This document shows, piece after piece, positions 17,859 to 28,578 of a stretch of DNA of 55,232 bases. Each line of letters begins with the position of its first letter. Position 1 is the first letter of the stretch. Origin of the DNA: a virus (lineage: Duplodnaviria; Caudoviricetes); the IMG/VR virus record IMGVR_UViG_3300049472_000047, positions 1 through 55,232 of that record; one strand, given 5' to 3'. The notes beneath the pieces are model-generated. The model was not told the DNA's origin. It worked only from the letters and a program-made list of their open reading frames with translations, and ran no database searches. The position numbers and the translations under genes were made by a program.

Positions 17859-20849
17859 TTGGTCGCGACTGTTGGCTCGATAAATGTACTTTTCACCGTT
17901 AACTACCAGAACTATGAGCGCGGCGTAAAACGTGCCGCGTCGGTGACGGAGACCGAAGGCGGCCGGATGACGAAGGCGGTTCACGCCGTCGACAAGGCCA
18001 CTTCCCAGCTCAACCGGACGATGTCAACGATCCGGGGCCGGGAATTCCGTGTCCTCGCGCTTTCCGCATTGAGGGCCAAGGACTCCGTGGAGCGACTCCG
18101 CGGCGCCATGGTCGCGGTATCCGCTCTTGCCGGCGGCTTCGGGGCGGCGTTCACCCTCAAAGGCCTGATGGACTATTCGGATACCTACAAGCAGATCGCC
18201 AATCGCCTGCGGACCGTGAAAACGGAAGCCCAGGGCCTTGCCGATGTGGAACAGAAGGTGTTCGAGACCGCACAGAAGTCCCGGGCGACCTATGAGTCCA
18301 CCGGGATCCTGTTCTCCCGTATCGCGGGGGCGTCGCGCCGGCTCGGTGTTTCCCAGAAGGATGTTCTTCGGGTCACGGAGACAATCCAGAAGGCGTTCGT
18401 CGTCGGCGGCTCCACCCCTCTGGAAGCCTCACAGTCCGCGATCCAGCTCTCCCAGGGTATCGCATCGAACCGACTGCAGGGCGACGAACTGCGGTCCGTG
18501 CTCGAAAACCCGGCACTGGGTCAGTTGTTGGCCAACAAGATCAGCGGCGGCGATCTCGGTGTGCTCCGTAAGATGGCGGCCGATGGCGAATTGACCGCCA
18601 AGGTGATCATTGATGCCTTCAAGTACGCCTCCGGCGAAATCGACAAGATGTTCGCCAACACCGAGAAAACGATCTCTCAGGCGTTCATCGGAGTCGACAA
18701 TGCCCTGCTTCGTTACATCGGCACATCCGGGAAGGTCAAAGCCGCATCGGAGCTGATGATCGGCGCCCTCGATTTCCTTGCCAGCAATATGTCTATGGTC
18801 GGCGATTCCGTGATGATGCTCGGGGCCGCCTTTATCGCGCTGATTGGCGCCAAGGGTATCGGCGGCGCCGCACAGGGCCTCACCGGCTATATCACGGCAA
18901 TGAATGCCACCCGACAGGCCACAGCACAGGCCGCGCTGGCAACACTCAATCTCGCCAATGCTGAGGCTGCAGCGGCCTCGAAACGTCGATCAGCCGCCCA
19001 GGCAGCCTATGGAATGGCTTATGCATCAGGAACTCCGGTTTCCCAGAAAACAAAACGCAAGCTGGGCGGCGAACTGCAGAGCGCCATGTATGCCGAGGCA
19101 GTAGCCACCAAGGCCGCGACGAGCGCGCAGATCGCTCATGCCGCCGCGGTGACGGCCACGGGAGTAGCCTCTAAGGCTTCCTCTGTTGCGGTGCGCGGAC
19201 TCGGCGCCGCCATGAATTTCCTCGGTGGCCCTGTAGGGGTCGCGATCCTTGCGCTTTCGGGGGTCATGATGGTCCTTGGCGCCCGCGCAGCCGACGCTCA
19301 GGAGCGCGCCGATCGTTACGCGGAGGCTATCAAGCGGGCGGGCGATAATTCGGAAAACGCCTCTGCCGGCATTTACGGCGCCGCCAAGGCAATGGTGAAA
19401 CTATCCGAGGATTCGTCTGAGGCAATTAGGATCGCCAGCCTCAACAAAGCCAATAATGATATCGTTGCGGCGTTCTCGGATATCGAGGAGCGCGTCCTTT
19501 CACTTGGTCTGACATTCCAGTCTTTGATAACCGGCACAGTCCCGCAATATGTCTCGAAGATCAAGGAACTGTCCTCTTTATACAAGAGCGGGACGATTGA
19601 CATCTCTCAGTTCAATGCCGAACTCGACAAGCTGGCGCTGGCCAATCCAGATCTGGCCGATGAGATCGCCGCAATTCAGGGGATAGCGAACATTGCCGAA
19701 GCTGCAGCAGGGACCGTTGCGGGCCTTACAGGCGAGCTGCAGAGGCTTGGAGCCGCGACTTCCCGCTTGAAGGACGATGAGGCATGGCCGACCGAGCAGA
19801 TCGATGGATCCGCATCGCTGTTCGATCGGTTCTCTGGCGATCCAAAGGATTCCATTCAGGCTCAGTTGAAGGAGCAAGCCGACACGATGCGCAAGGCCGC
19901 GGAATCGTCGGCGCGTCAGGCAAGATCCGATGCGGCCGCGGAGCGCAAGCGCCTGAAGGATGAGGCCAAGAAGGCGTCCGATTCCGAGATCACGTCCTCA
20001 TTCGACAAATACATCGACGGCATGTCGAAGCTCCGTAATCAGGGCACGGAGATGTTCCTGACCGAGGCCAATTTGCAGATCGTGGAAACGGCTCGCAGTC
20101 TCGGTCTCGCAGAGGAGCAGATCCAGGCCTTTATCGCGGCGGTGCGCAGCGGCAGCGACATCCCGGCTCAGTTCCAAGCCATCGGCTACGAATTGAACAA
20201 GATCACGCAGAACGAACAAACCATCGCCATGATTGACGGCCTCACCGGCGCGTTCGGCGATATGTTCACGGCGCTTCTCAATGGCACCGCATCTGCTGGT
20301 GAAGCATTCGCCGATTTCGGAAAACGCATCTTCGAGATGGTCAACCAGATCATGATCGTCGAACCTCTGGTGCAGGGGCTTCGTAACGCCCTGCTGGGCG
20401 GCTTCGGCGGTGGCGGTGGCGGCGATCCATGGGCCGGGATGAGGGTTCCCATGTATCACGCGGGCGGCACCGTCGGCTCTGGCCGCGCGCCTGGCTACAA
20501 GACGGTCAGCGGCCTTAATTTTGCTGGGGCGCCGCGCTTCAAGGACGGACTCGGCAACGACGAATTCGCCGCGATCCTGCATGAGGGCGAACGTGTCCTG
20601 ACCAGAGACCAGACGCGGTCGGCGATGAATGTCCTTGGTGCCGCGGCATCGGGCGGCGCCGGCGGATCCACCGAGGTCAATATCTACAACAACTCCGGTG
20701 CACAGGTGCAGGAGTCGCGGCGCTCCAGCGGCAACCGCGAGATCGTTGATATCGTCATCGGCGAGGTCAACAAGGGCATCGCCGGCGGCAAGATGGACAA
20801 GTCCATGGGGTCGCGGTTCGGGGCAACTCCGAAAAGGATGCAGGGCTGA
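17859..20849 (+). CDS. Tape measure protein
   Basis: Ala-rich ~1000 aa; QLSQG...LQGDELRSVLEN domain; C-terminal YHAGG...AILHEGERVL; TTG start after AGGAG. Confidence 0.93.
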   Translation: MVATVGSINVLFTVNYQNYERGVKRAASVTETEGGRMTKAVHAVDKATSQLNRTMSTIRGREFRVLALSALRAKDSVERLRGAMVAVSALAGGFGAAFTLKGLMDYSDTYKQIANRLRTVKTEAQGLADVEQKVFETAQKSRATYESTGILFSRIAGASRRLGVSQKDVLRVTETIQKAFVVGGSTPLEASQSAIQLSQGIASNRLQGDELRSVLENPALGQLLANKISGGDLGVLRKMAADGELTAKVIIDAFKYASGEIDKMFANTEKTISQAFIGVDNALLRYIGTSGKVKAASELMIGALDFLASNMSMVGDSVMMLGAAFIALIGAKGIGGAAQGLTGYITAMNATRQATAQAALATLNLANAEAAAASKRRSAAQAAYGMAYASGTPVSQKTKRKLGGELQSAMYAEAVATKAATSAQIAHAAAVTATGVASKASSVAVRGLGAAMNFLGGPVGVAILALSGVMMVLGARAADAQERADRYAEAIKRAGDNSENASAGIYGAAKAMVKLSEDSSEAIRIASLNKANNDIVAAFSDIEERVLSLGLTFQSLITGTVPQYVSKIKELSSLYKSGTIDISQFNAELDKLALANPDLADEIAAIQGIANIAEAAAGTVAGLTGELQRLGAATSRLKDDEAWPTEQIDGSASLFDRFSGDPKDSIQAQLKEQADTMRKAAESSARQARSDAAAERKRLKDEAKKASDSEITSSFDKYIDGMSKLRNQGTEMFLTEANLQIVETARSLGLAEEQIQAFIAAVRSGSDIPAQFQAIGYELNKITQNEQTIAMIDGLTGAFGDMFTALLNGTASAGEAFADFGKRIFEMVNQIMIVEPLVQGLRNALLGGFGGGGGGDPWAGMRVPMYHAGGTVGSGRAPGYKTVSGLNFAGAPRFKDGLGNDEFAAILHEGERVLTRDQTRSAMNVLGAAASGGAGGSTEVNIYNNSGAQVQESRRSSGNREIVDIVIGEVNKGIAGGKMDKSMGSRFGATPKRMQG

Positions 20850-21199
20850 TGGCTGACATCGATTGGCTGACATCGATCCCCGTGGCCCTCGTCGGCACGA
20901 TCCGGGAGGGGCGGGTTGCGAACTATGTCAATGATGCCCGGGCGGTCGGTGCGGCGCGGCGTCGCGCCCGCTTCACGCGGACACTGAAAACCTTCGGGTT
21001 CTCCCTTCGCCTCACCAATGCTGAGGCGGCGCTGCTGCGGACATTCATTGACACCACAACAGGCGGCGGCGTCGAGGCCTTCAACTGGACTCATCCGGTG
21101 ACGGCCGTCGAATACGAGATGCGGTTCGCAGAGCTTCCCGAATTCAGTGATTACACCAAGGGCGTCTGGAACGTCTCCGTTTCGCTCGAGGAGATCTGA
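20849..21199 (+). CDS. Distal tail protein
   Basis: RRRARFT, F.WTHP, VSLEEI; follows tape measure. Confidence 0.75.
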   Translation: MADIDWLTSIPVALVGTIREGRVANYVNDARAVGAARRRARFTRTLKTFGFSLRLTNAEAALLRTFIDTTTGGGVEAFNWTHPVTAVEYEMRFAELPEFSDYTKGVWNVSVSLEEI

Positions 21200-21678
21200 T
21201 GCCGACGACAACTGCCGCACAGCGACACAAGGTCAACCGGGATCCGATCACGGATGCCCATGTGATCCTTCTGGAGTTTCAGGAGGACGGGAACTCGACG
21301 GTTCACCGCGCCGCGATCAACAACGAGGATGTGACCTCGAACGGGGACAGCTTCGTCGCCACCGACATCGAGATCGCGCTGCCGAACAGCAATGATCAGG
21401 AGCCGTCCGTGGACATTGCCATGGACAATATCGATCGCGAAATCGGCAAGGCAGTGAACCGCGCCCGCAACCGCGTCGGCTGCCGGATCATGCTGGTGGA
21501 TACGTCGGCGCCGGATACGGCGCTGATGGACACGCTTAACCTCATGGTGATCTCCAGCGCCGCCGGCGACAGTGAGCGGGTTTCGGCATCGCTGGGCCCT
21601 CGCGCCTCTCTGCAGGAGCCATGGCCGCCACAGCGGACACGCAAGCAATACTTTCCGGGCCTCTGGTTCACGAGATGA
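21199..21678 (+). CDS. Tail tip protein (DUF1833-like)
   Basis: NNEDVTSNG..F, I.LP, I.MDNIDR, EPWP...FPGLW. Confidence 0.78.
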   Translation: MPTTTAAQRHKVNRDPITDAHVILLEFQEDGNSTVHRAAINNEDVTSNGDSFVATDIEIALPNSNDQEPSVDIAMDNIDREIGKAVNRARNRVGCRIMLVDTSAPDTALMDTLNLMVISSAAGDSERVSASLGPRASLQEPWPPQRTRKQYFPGLWFTR

Positions 21679-22064
21679 AAGATCATTTCGTGACGCGCCT
21701 CCAGATGGTGCCGCATGTGCCCGGGAAGGGCGCGTGGGAAGGTGCCGATTGCTGGGGCATCGTCGAGATCTGGTATCGGGAAAAACTCGGGATCAAGTTA
21801 CCGAACCGCGCCTCGATCGCGCCGGGACCGGAAGGTCTCTCCGTTGGGTTTGCCGAAGTCGAGAACTTCGTGCGGGTTGATGAGCCACAGGATGATTGCC
21901 TTGCCGTGATGCGGGCAGGACGGCTCGCTGCCGGGCATGTCGGCGTGGTCTGGAATGGCGGCGTCATTCATTCCCAGATGCACGCCGGATGCATCTGGCA
22001 ACCGTTTGACAACCCAATGCTGAAGAATCGCGTGACCTGCTTTCTGGGATACCGGCCCGCATGA
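21675..22064 (+). CDS. NlpC/P60 tail tip assembly protein
   Basis: GADCWG, HVGV, IHS catalytic motifs. Confidence 0.85.
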   Translation: MKDHFVTRLQMVPHVPGKGAWEGADCWGIVEIWYREKLGIKLPNRASIAPGPEGLSVGFAEVENFVRVDEPQDDCLAVMRAGRLAAGHVGVVWNGGVIHSQMHAGCIWQPFDNPMLKNRVTCFLGYRPA

Positions 22065-24676
22065 ACCAGATCATCATCCATGCGAAGCCTGCCGGCCTTC
22101 CGGTGGGCTGGCAAGCCGTGGGAGTGCCGGCGGGGCAGACCATTGAGGAAATGGTGCTTGACCTCTACGGCAGGCTCGACGGCATCGAGGCGTGGCTTCC
22201 CGGTCGCGATGTCATGTATGAGCGGGTGCCGCGGGAAATGTGGCGGTATGTCAGGCCGCGCCGTGATGATGTCCTGCGTTTCACCTTCATTCCGCAGGGT
22301 GGCGGATCCCGTAACCTGTTCCGGACCGTGGCGCTGATCGCGCTGACGGCTGTGGTGGCAGTGACGGCGCCATACCTCTTGACGGCGCTTGGCCCCATTG
22401 CCGGGCCGCTGGCATCGGCTGCAATCAGCTTCGGCGGTTCCCTGCTGATCAACAAGCTGTTTCCGCCCGAGTTGCCGGCGCTGGCGAAGGTCGGCAAGGA
22501 CGATTCCAAGGCATATGGCGATGTCGAAACGGACTCCAATCCGTTCGGCAAGGAAAGCTATCTGCCTATCGTGGTGGGATCGCGCCGTATCGCACCGCCG
22601 GACATCACGGAACCGCGGCTCTACACCATCGACGGCATCGAGACCGTTGATCGCCTGTTCGGGCTGTGGGGCAAGCATGCACTGAGCGATATCCAGGTCA
22701 ACGAGACCGGGGTCGCAGACTTTGCCGCCATCACCACCGAAATCATCGACGGCGACGAGGAGGATGGCACCTACACCTTCGTCGACAAGATCACGAAAAC
22801 CGAAAACATCGGCGAGACCGCCAGCAGCTTCTATGTCCAGGAAGGCACGATCCTCGAGGATCAATCCGTTCCTGCAAACTCGGTGCCGCGCTGGCTGCAT
22901 TTCTCGACACCCGGGCATGACCGGCTCGAAGAAGTCGTCATCAAGCTGCAATTGCAGTCGCTATACCGGACCACTTCGGAATCCGACAACGTATTCATTC
23001 CATTGCGCATGCAGTTCCGGCCCAAGGGCGGCGGCTCCGGTGACTGGGTATCGCTTCCCGAGATCCATTTCCGTGGGCGGACCACGAACACGGTGAAACA
23101 GGACATCCGCATCCGTTGGGATGAGCTGTTCGAGGATGAAAGCCTCGGCGGGGAAATCTCGCACTGGTTCTGGGCGACGGTTCCGGCCGTGACGGCGTGG
23201 GATCTGTCTGATGGTTCAACCGGGGTGCAATGGCAGGCCGCGGCATGGTTCGATGATGGCGCCGGCAACCGGGATGTCGCCAACATCTATTCGAGACGGC
23301 GCGGCGTCCATGTCGTGCTGGATGAAGCCACCTACCCCAAGGGGCCGCTGGAATGGCGGGTGAAGCGTGGTTACGGCGGACGGACCGGGGGCATTGTCTC
23401 GCCCGACTATACGGTAGGCGGTACGGTCGAAAGCCTGTTCGTTGGCCGCCGCACCGCCGGCGGTTCCGGCAACTGGGTGATCTTCACTGACCAGGCCAGC
23501 TATCCGGGCCAACTCGCCGTGCTGCAGGCCGGGGCAATCGCCGATGAATATCCCTGCCAGCTTCCGGGCACGGCACAGATCGCGCTTCGCAGCAAGGGCC
23601 AGAACGTCAAGGGCGTCACGGTTCAAGCCGCCCGTTACGTCATGGACTGGAATGGAAGTGCTTGGGCGACGGAAACGGCGACATCGAAGAACCCGGCGAC
23701 ACATTACCGCCAGTTCCTCTACGACTTCCTTGTCCATCACGGCCTCGACACCGACCTGATCGATAATGATGCAATGGTGGCATGGCGGGCGGAATGCGCC
23801 TCGAAGGGCTATGAGTGCAATGCCCTGTTTGCCGGGGAAAGCATCTCGGAGATCCTTGCCGCGATCGCAACGGCAGGATTCGCGAAGCCCGTCTATGGCG
23901 ATACCTTCTCCGTGGACTGGTTCCGCGACCGCAGCACAGATGATCCGGTGCAGACCTTCAGCCCGCGCAATACCGCGGACATCCGCTTCAACATCGACTT
24001 CCCGGCGAGGGTCGCCGGCTTCAGGGCAACCTTCGACGACGAGGACGACGACTTCTCGGAAAACGAGATCGAAGTTGTCTTGGACAATGCCACGGATATC
24101 CCGCGCATCGAGCCGATCTCCTACCGGGCGATCAGTAACGAAGCACTGGTGCGGCGCCGCGCCACCTTCGATCTTCTCCAGATCGATCGGCAGCGCCGGA
24201 CCTGGCTGGTCGAAACCGAACTTGAAGGTGTTGTTGCCAGTGTCGGGGATATGGTGACGCTGGTCACCGATCTGTTCGACGACAACAGCCATGGCGCCCG
24301 CATCAGGACCGTCATCGACAATTCGACACTGGTGCTGGATCAGGCGATCCCGGCGGTTGCCGCCTCCGACTTCTCTGATAACCCGGCAATTGCCGACCTT
24401 TTCAGCGTCGGGGAACGCTCCCTGATCTTCGTCCATACCAGCACCGGGGTTGAGCAGGCCACGATCACGGCAATCGACGGTAACGTGGTCGTGCTTGATG
24501 CGCCGCTGGCGACGACGCCGGTTGTCGGCGCCCCGGTGTCGATCACGACACTTTCCAATGCCAGCCATCGCTGTGTCGTCGCGGCGATCACCCGCAAGGG
24601 CGAGGAACGGGCAACGGTGACGCTGCTTGACGAGGCGCCTGAAATCTATTCGGAACTTGAGAGGCTGTTCGGATGA
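22061..24676 (+). CDS. Tail tip/host-specificity protein (TipJ-like)
   Basis: LPIVVGSRRIAP, TSKNPA, FSPRN, GD.V; position. Confidence 0.82.
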   Translation: MNQIIIHAKPAGLPVGWQAVGVPAGQTIEEMVLDLYGRLDGIEAWLPGRDVMYERVPREMWRYVRPRRDDVLRFTFIPQGGGSRNLFRTVALIALTAVVAVTAPYLLTALGPIAGPLASAAISFGGSLLINKLFPPELPALAKVGKDDSKAYGDVETDSNPFGKESYLPIVVGSRRIAPPDITEPRLYTIDGIETVDRLFGLWGKHALSDIQVNETGVADFAAITTEIIDGDEEDGTYTFVDKITKTENIGETASSFYVQEGTILEDQSVPANSVPRWLHFSTPGHDRLEEVVIKLQLQSLYRTTSESDNVFIPLRMQFRPKGGGSGDWVSLPEIHFRGRTTNTVKQDIRIRWDELFEDESLGGEISHWFWATVPAVTAWDLSDGSTGVQWQAAAWFDDGAGNRDVANIYSRRRGVHVVLDEATYPKGPLEWRVKRGYGGRTGGIVSPDYTVGGTVESLFVGRRTAGGSGNWVIFTDQASYPGQLAVLQAGAIADEYPCQLPGTAQIALRSKGQNVKGVTVQAARYVMDWNGSAWATETATSKNPATHYRQFLYDFLVHHGLDTDLIDNDAMVAWRAECASKGYECNALFAGESISEILAAIATAGFAKPVYGDTFSVDWFRDRSTDDPVQTFSPRNTADIRFNIDFPARVAGFRATFDDEDDDFSENEIEVVLDNATDIPRIEPISYRAISNEALVRRRATFDLLQIDRQRRTWLVETELEGVVASVGDMVTLVTDLFDDNSHGARIRTVIDNSTLVLDQAIPAVAASDFSDNPAIADLFSVGERSLIFVHTSTGVEQATITAIDGNVVVLDAPLATTPVVGAPVSITTLSNASHRCVVAAITRKGEERATVTLLDEAPEIYSELERLFG

Positions 24677-25587
24677 CCGCGAAACACAATCTCGACAGCG
24701 TCGGCGCGGCCAATGCAACGGTCTGGGCGGATGATGTCGACGACAGCGTAAACCGTCTCTCCGGGTTGACGCTTGGCCGTCTCACCAATGTTGCCGGAAC
24801 CAATGCCATCACAGGCCGACTGCCGATGTCGTCGGGCTTCACGGCGATCAGTGACGGTGCAATCTTCAGCTTCATCCCCGCCGCGAACAATACCGGCGCT
24901 GTGACCATGCAGTTGCAGGACACGGCCGGCAGCAATGTTGGCTCGAGCTTTGCCCTGCGGGATGTCGATGGCGTCGCCTTTGCCGCCGATGACATCGTTG
25001 CCGGGCGGCTGCAGGTGTTCCAGTATTCCTCGACGGACAGCTATGCGAGGCGCATCGCCGATGCGTCGGATCCGGTGGTTCCTGCGACTGTGATTTCCGG
25101 GTGGACCTTGCTGGAGACGCAGGAGCCGACAACCGATGTAAGCACCATCACCTTCGCGACTCTGGTTTCCTCCTACAAGTCGTTGCGGGTCGAAGTGTAC
25201 GCGGAAATGGGCACCAATGCCGCATATCTAACCCTGAGATATTCGCCCGATGGCGCGACCTGGCGCACCATCGGGAATGGCGCCATAGCGACACAGTCGT
25301 CCGGTCTCACTGTCAATTGCTGGGACATCATGAATGTGGACGATGCCGATGGCACCCATTTGCGTGTTGCCCATCTCGTTCACAGCGGCACCAAGACTGC
25401 AAACGCCGATCGATCCGACGCAGTGATAACCCTCAACTCGCCTGCCATCGACGCGCAAGCCGGTACGGGTGGCTATACCTCCTACACCGAGGACATGGCC
25501 TATATCCGCATTGATACCAGCTCGGGTGTCGTCGAAGGCAGCACAGCCGACCGTCGTGTCGTCGCAAGGCTCTACGGCCAGTCATGA
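24673..25587 (+). CDS. Tail fibre/receptor-binding protein
   Basis: F.PAANNTGAVT, DIVAG, C-terminal beta domain ending LYG. Confidence 0.65.
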   Translation: MTAKHNLDSVGAANATVWADDVDDSVNRLSGLTLGRLTNVAGTNAITGRLPMSSGFTAISDGAIFSFIPAANNTGAVTMQLQDTAGSNVGSSFALRDVDGVAFAADDIVAGRLQVFQYSSTDSYARRIADASDPVVPATVISGWTLLETQEPTTDVSTITFATLVSSYKSLRVEVYAEMGTNAAYLTLRYSPDGATWRTIGNGAIATQSSGLTVNCWDIMNVDDADGTHLRVAHLVHSGTKTANADRSDAVITLNSPAIDAQAGTGGYTSYTEDMAYIRIDTSSGVVEGSTADRRVVARLYGQS

Positions 25588-25892
25588 CCTATTCCCCGCG
25601 CCTCTACATCGACGGCTATTCGGCGCCGGCCAATCCGGGCCTCTATCACATCAATGTCGCAGGCACCTACGCGGACTCCGCGATCGAGGACGCCGCGAAT
25701 GCCGTCAACACCACCGGGAAAACCACCGGCAAGAAGATCTGGGACAGCACCAATCTTCGCGTGATGGTGGCACAGGGGCCATTGGCCACCGATGAATGGG
25801 CTGCCGCCAATGGCAGCGCCAGCATCTTCCCGACGACCGGTCCAGGAATTGGCGGCTTCTCCAACGGCTTCTCCAACGGCTTCGATTTGTAG
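25584..25892 (+). CDS. Small tail-associated protein
   Basis: VNTTGK..GK.IWD; ends GFSNGFSNGF. Confidence 0.5.
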   Translation: MTYSPRLYIDGYSAPANPGLYHINVAGTYADSAIEDAANAVNTTGKTTGKKIWDSTNLRVMVAQGPLATDEWAAANGSASIFPTTGPGIGGFSNGFSNGFDL

Positions 25893-25900
25893 GAAATGTC

Positions 25901-27904
25901 ATGACTGTAAAATCGCGGGCTACCCTCAATTCTGACGCCGACACGAACCTGGCCGACAACACCGCCGGTGATATCACGCCGGCCGATGTCCGCACGATCG
26001 TAAAGGATTTGGCAGACAGCGCCATTTTGGACGAGGACAAGGTTACTACAGTTGGCGCCGCAATCTTTGCAGCCACCGCCAAGACCACGCCCGTCGATGC
26101 TGATACGGTCGGGATCACAGACAGTGCTGCATCCAATGTGCTGAAGAAGGTCACATGGGCCAACATAAAGGCCACGGTGAAAACCTATTTCGACACACTG
26201 TATGCCGCGCTGGGCTCGGCCAACACGTTCACGCAGTCGCAGACCATCACCGGTGTCGACGGTAGCGGGTTCGCGATCTCCTACATTTACACCAACGCCG
26301 GTGCTGCAGGTCCATACGCACAGACATACCACGACAGCGCGTCACCCGCCGCTGCGGACTACATCGGCGGCTACAACTTTTTTGGAAGGGATAGCGGCGG
26401 GAACAAGACCCGCTATGTCAGCATCGATGCCGTCGTAGTCGATCCAACGAACGGTTCCGAGGACGGCAAATTGGAACTGTGGACCATGGTCGCCGGGGCG
26501 GAAACGCTCGGCGCCACTGTGAACAACGGCATCATCGCAGGAGCCGCCACGGGCGCGGGGCAGGGAACAGGCACCGTCAATGCGGTCAACTATTTCGTCA
26601 ATGGCGTGAACATCTCGACGCTGTACCAGCCACTCGACAGCGACCTCACTTCTATTGCCGCGTTGACCACCACGGCGGCCGGCCGCTCGGCACTGACGAT
26701 AGCTGACGCAGGGGCCGACCGTGTGTTGGCATGGGACGACAGCGCCGGAACCGTGGCGCCGATCGCGTTGGCCGACATCACAGCGGAAGCCGCACCGGCA
26801 GCGGGCGATTACATGCTGGTGTACCGCGCTGAAGGCGATCTGGTGAAGGTCAACTGGTCGGATCTGCCAGGCGTTGGCGGCGGCATCAGCAATGTTTCCG
26901 AGGACACGACTCCGACACTCGGCGGGGAGTTGGACGCCAACGGCTTCGACATCATCAAGATTGGCGTTCTCACGCTGACTGAGCAGGCAGCGGCGGAAGC
27001 CGATGTCGCAGGACGCGGTCAGATTTGGGTAAAGACGGCGACGCCGAACGAACTGTGGTTCACCGACGACGCCGGAACTGATTTCCAGGTTGCCGACAGG
27101 ACTTGGGTCGCAGCGGGCTACCAGCCGCTGGATTCCGACCTGACAACGATTGCCGCTGCTAACAATGGCGCGGTGCTGGCCGCAACGACTGCTTCGTTCA
27201 CAACCGCCGACGAAACAAAGCTCGATGGCATCGAAACTGGTGCGGACGTAACCGACGCCGTGAACATCGCTTCAAGCATTGTTGGTGTCGCCGGCAAGAC
27301 GACGCCGGTCGATGCCGATACGATCCCGTTGATCGACAGCGCAGCCTCCAATGCGCTCAAGGAGCTGACCTGGGCGAACCTGAAGGCGACAGCCAAGACC
27401 TACTTCGATACGCTGTATCAACCGCTTGTGGCGGCGCTGACCTCATGGGGCGCGATCACGCGGGCTTCCGGGTTCGACACCTTCGTCGCCACGCCCTCAA
27501 GCGCCAATCTGAAAAGCCTTATCACCGATGAAACCGGATCTGGTGGTGCGCTGGTGTTTGCCACCGGCCCGACACTGACCGATCCCGTCATCACCGGCGC
27601 GATCACTGAGGATGTCTACACCATCACGGACGGCGCGGCATTCGAGATCGATCCCAGTAACGGCACGATCCAGCAAGTCACGCTCGGGGCGTCACGCACG
27701 CCGGCAGCAACCAACTTCGCCAGCGGCGAAAGCGTCACGCTCAAGATCGCGGATGGTTCGTCGTTCACGATCACTTGGACTACCGTCGCCGTGACATGGG
27801 TGGGCGGTGTCGCGCCAACGCTGGCAACGACCGGGTGGACAATCGTGGTGCTGTGGAAAGACGGTTCCACCATCTACGGCAAGCACGTCGGGGATGTCGC
27901 CTGA
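25901..27904 (+). CDS. Long tail fibre protein with internal duplicated modules
   Basis: Thr/Ala-rich; KTTPVDAD...TYFDTLY twice, YQPLDSDLT twice, DETGSGALVFA. Confidence 0.75.
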   Translation: MTVKSRATLNSDADTNLADNTAGDITPADVRTIVKDLADSAILDEDKVTTVGAAIFAATAKTTPVDADTVGITDSAASNVLKKVTWANIKATVKTYFDTLYAALGSANTFTQSQTITGVDGSGFAISYIYTNAGAAGPYAQTYHDSASPAAADYIGGYNFFGRDSGGNKTRYVSIDAVVVDPTNGSEDGKLELWTMVAGAETLGATVNNGIIAGAATGAGQGTGTVNAVNYFVNGVNISTLYQPLDSDLTSIAALTTTAAGRSALTIADAGADRVLAWDDSAGTVAPIALADITAEAAPAAGDYMLVYRAEGDLVKVNWSDLPGVGGGISNVSEDTTPTLGGELDANGFDIIKIGVLTLTEQAAAEADVAGRGQIWVKTATPNELWFTDDAGTDFQVADRTWVAAGYQPLDSDLTTIAAANNGAVLAATTASFTTADETKLDGIETGADVTDAVNIASSIVGVAGKTTPVDADTIPLIDSAASNALKELTWANLKATAKTYFDTLYQPLVAALTSWGAITRASGFDTFVATPSSANLKSLITDETGSGGALVFATGPTLTDPVITGAITEDVYTITDGAAFEIDPSNGTIQQVTLGASRTPAATNFASGESVTLKIADGSSFTITWTTVAVTWVGGVAPTLATTGWTIVVLWKDGSTIYGKHVGDVA

Positions 27905-28566
27905 TGGGTATCCTTGCCCGCAAATTGCTGGTTGCGGATGACGCCGCCGCCGCGAAGGTGCTGACATACCAGAACACGATTGCCTCGTTCACTGGCAGCA
28001 ATCCATACACAGCCACTATCACCTATGGTGGAGCAGAGACTTCTGATCGTGTCGTCCATGTCTCCTTCATGGCGCGGGCGTCAACGACCGGGCGTACACT
28101 GTCCAGCGCAACTATTGGCGGAATCTCTGCCACCATCAATGTCCAGATCACGGATGCGACGACCAACTATATTTGCGGGATCATTTCTGCTGTCGTCCCG
28201 ACAGGTACGTCCGGCGATGTTGTCCTCACATTCTCGCACACTTCAATCGACCGTATCCGTGGTGGTTTCTACACATCCACCGGGCTTTCCAGCGCAACGG
28301 CTCATGCCTCAACCAGCGATGATACCGATGGCAATGTGTCGCTTACACTCAACACGACCACCGATGGCTTCCTGATCGTCATCGCAACAAACAACAACAA
28401 TTCGACGGGCCAGTACTCGAGTTGGTCAAATGCCACAGAAGATTTCGAGGTCGGCGGCAGCGGCATGTGCGCTGGAGCCTCGAACACCGCCACCAGCGGG
28501 TCAAGCACCAACGTAACAGCCACCGCAGGCGGCTCTCCGCGAGCTGCGGCGGCGGCATCTTTCTAA
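27904..28566 (+). CDS. Fibre tip/beta-sandwich protein
   Basis: Ser/Thr-rich beta pattern; TGATG coupling. Confidence 0.55.
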   Translation: MGILARKLLVADDAAAAKVLTYQNTIASFTGSNPYTATITYGGAETSDRVVHVSFMARASTTGRTLSSATIGGISATINVQITDATTNYICGIISAVVPTGTSGDVVLTFSHTSIDRIRGGFYTSTGLSSATAHASTSDDTDGNVSLTLNTTTDGFLIVIATNNNNSTGQYSSWSNATEDFEVGGSGMCAGASNTATSGSSTNVTATAGGSPRAAAAASF

Positions 28567-28578
28567 CCGGAGGCTTCA

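Noticed and set aside
25854-25883. 12-bp tandem repeat GGCTTCTCCAAC
   Set aside because: Encodes a GFSNGF C-terminal motif common in tail proteins
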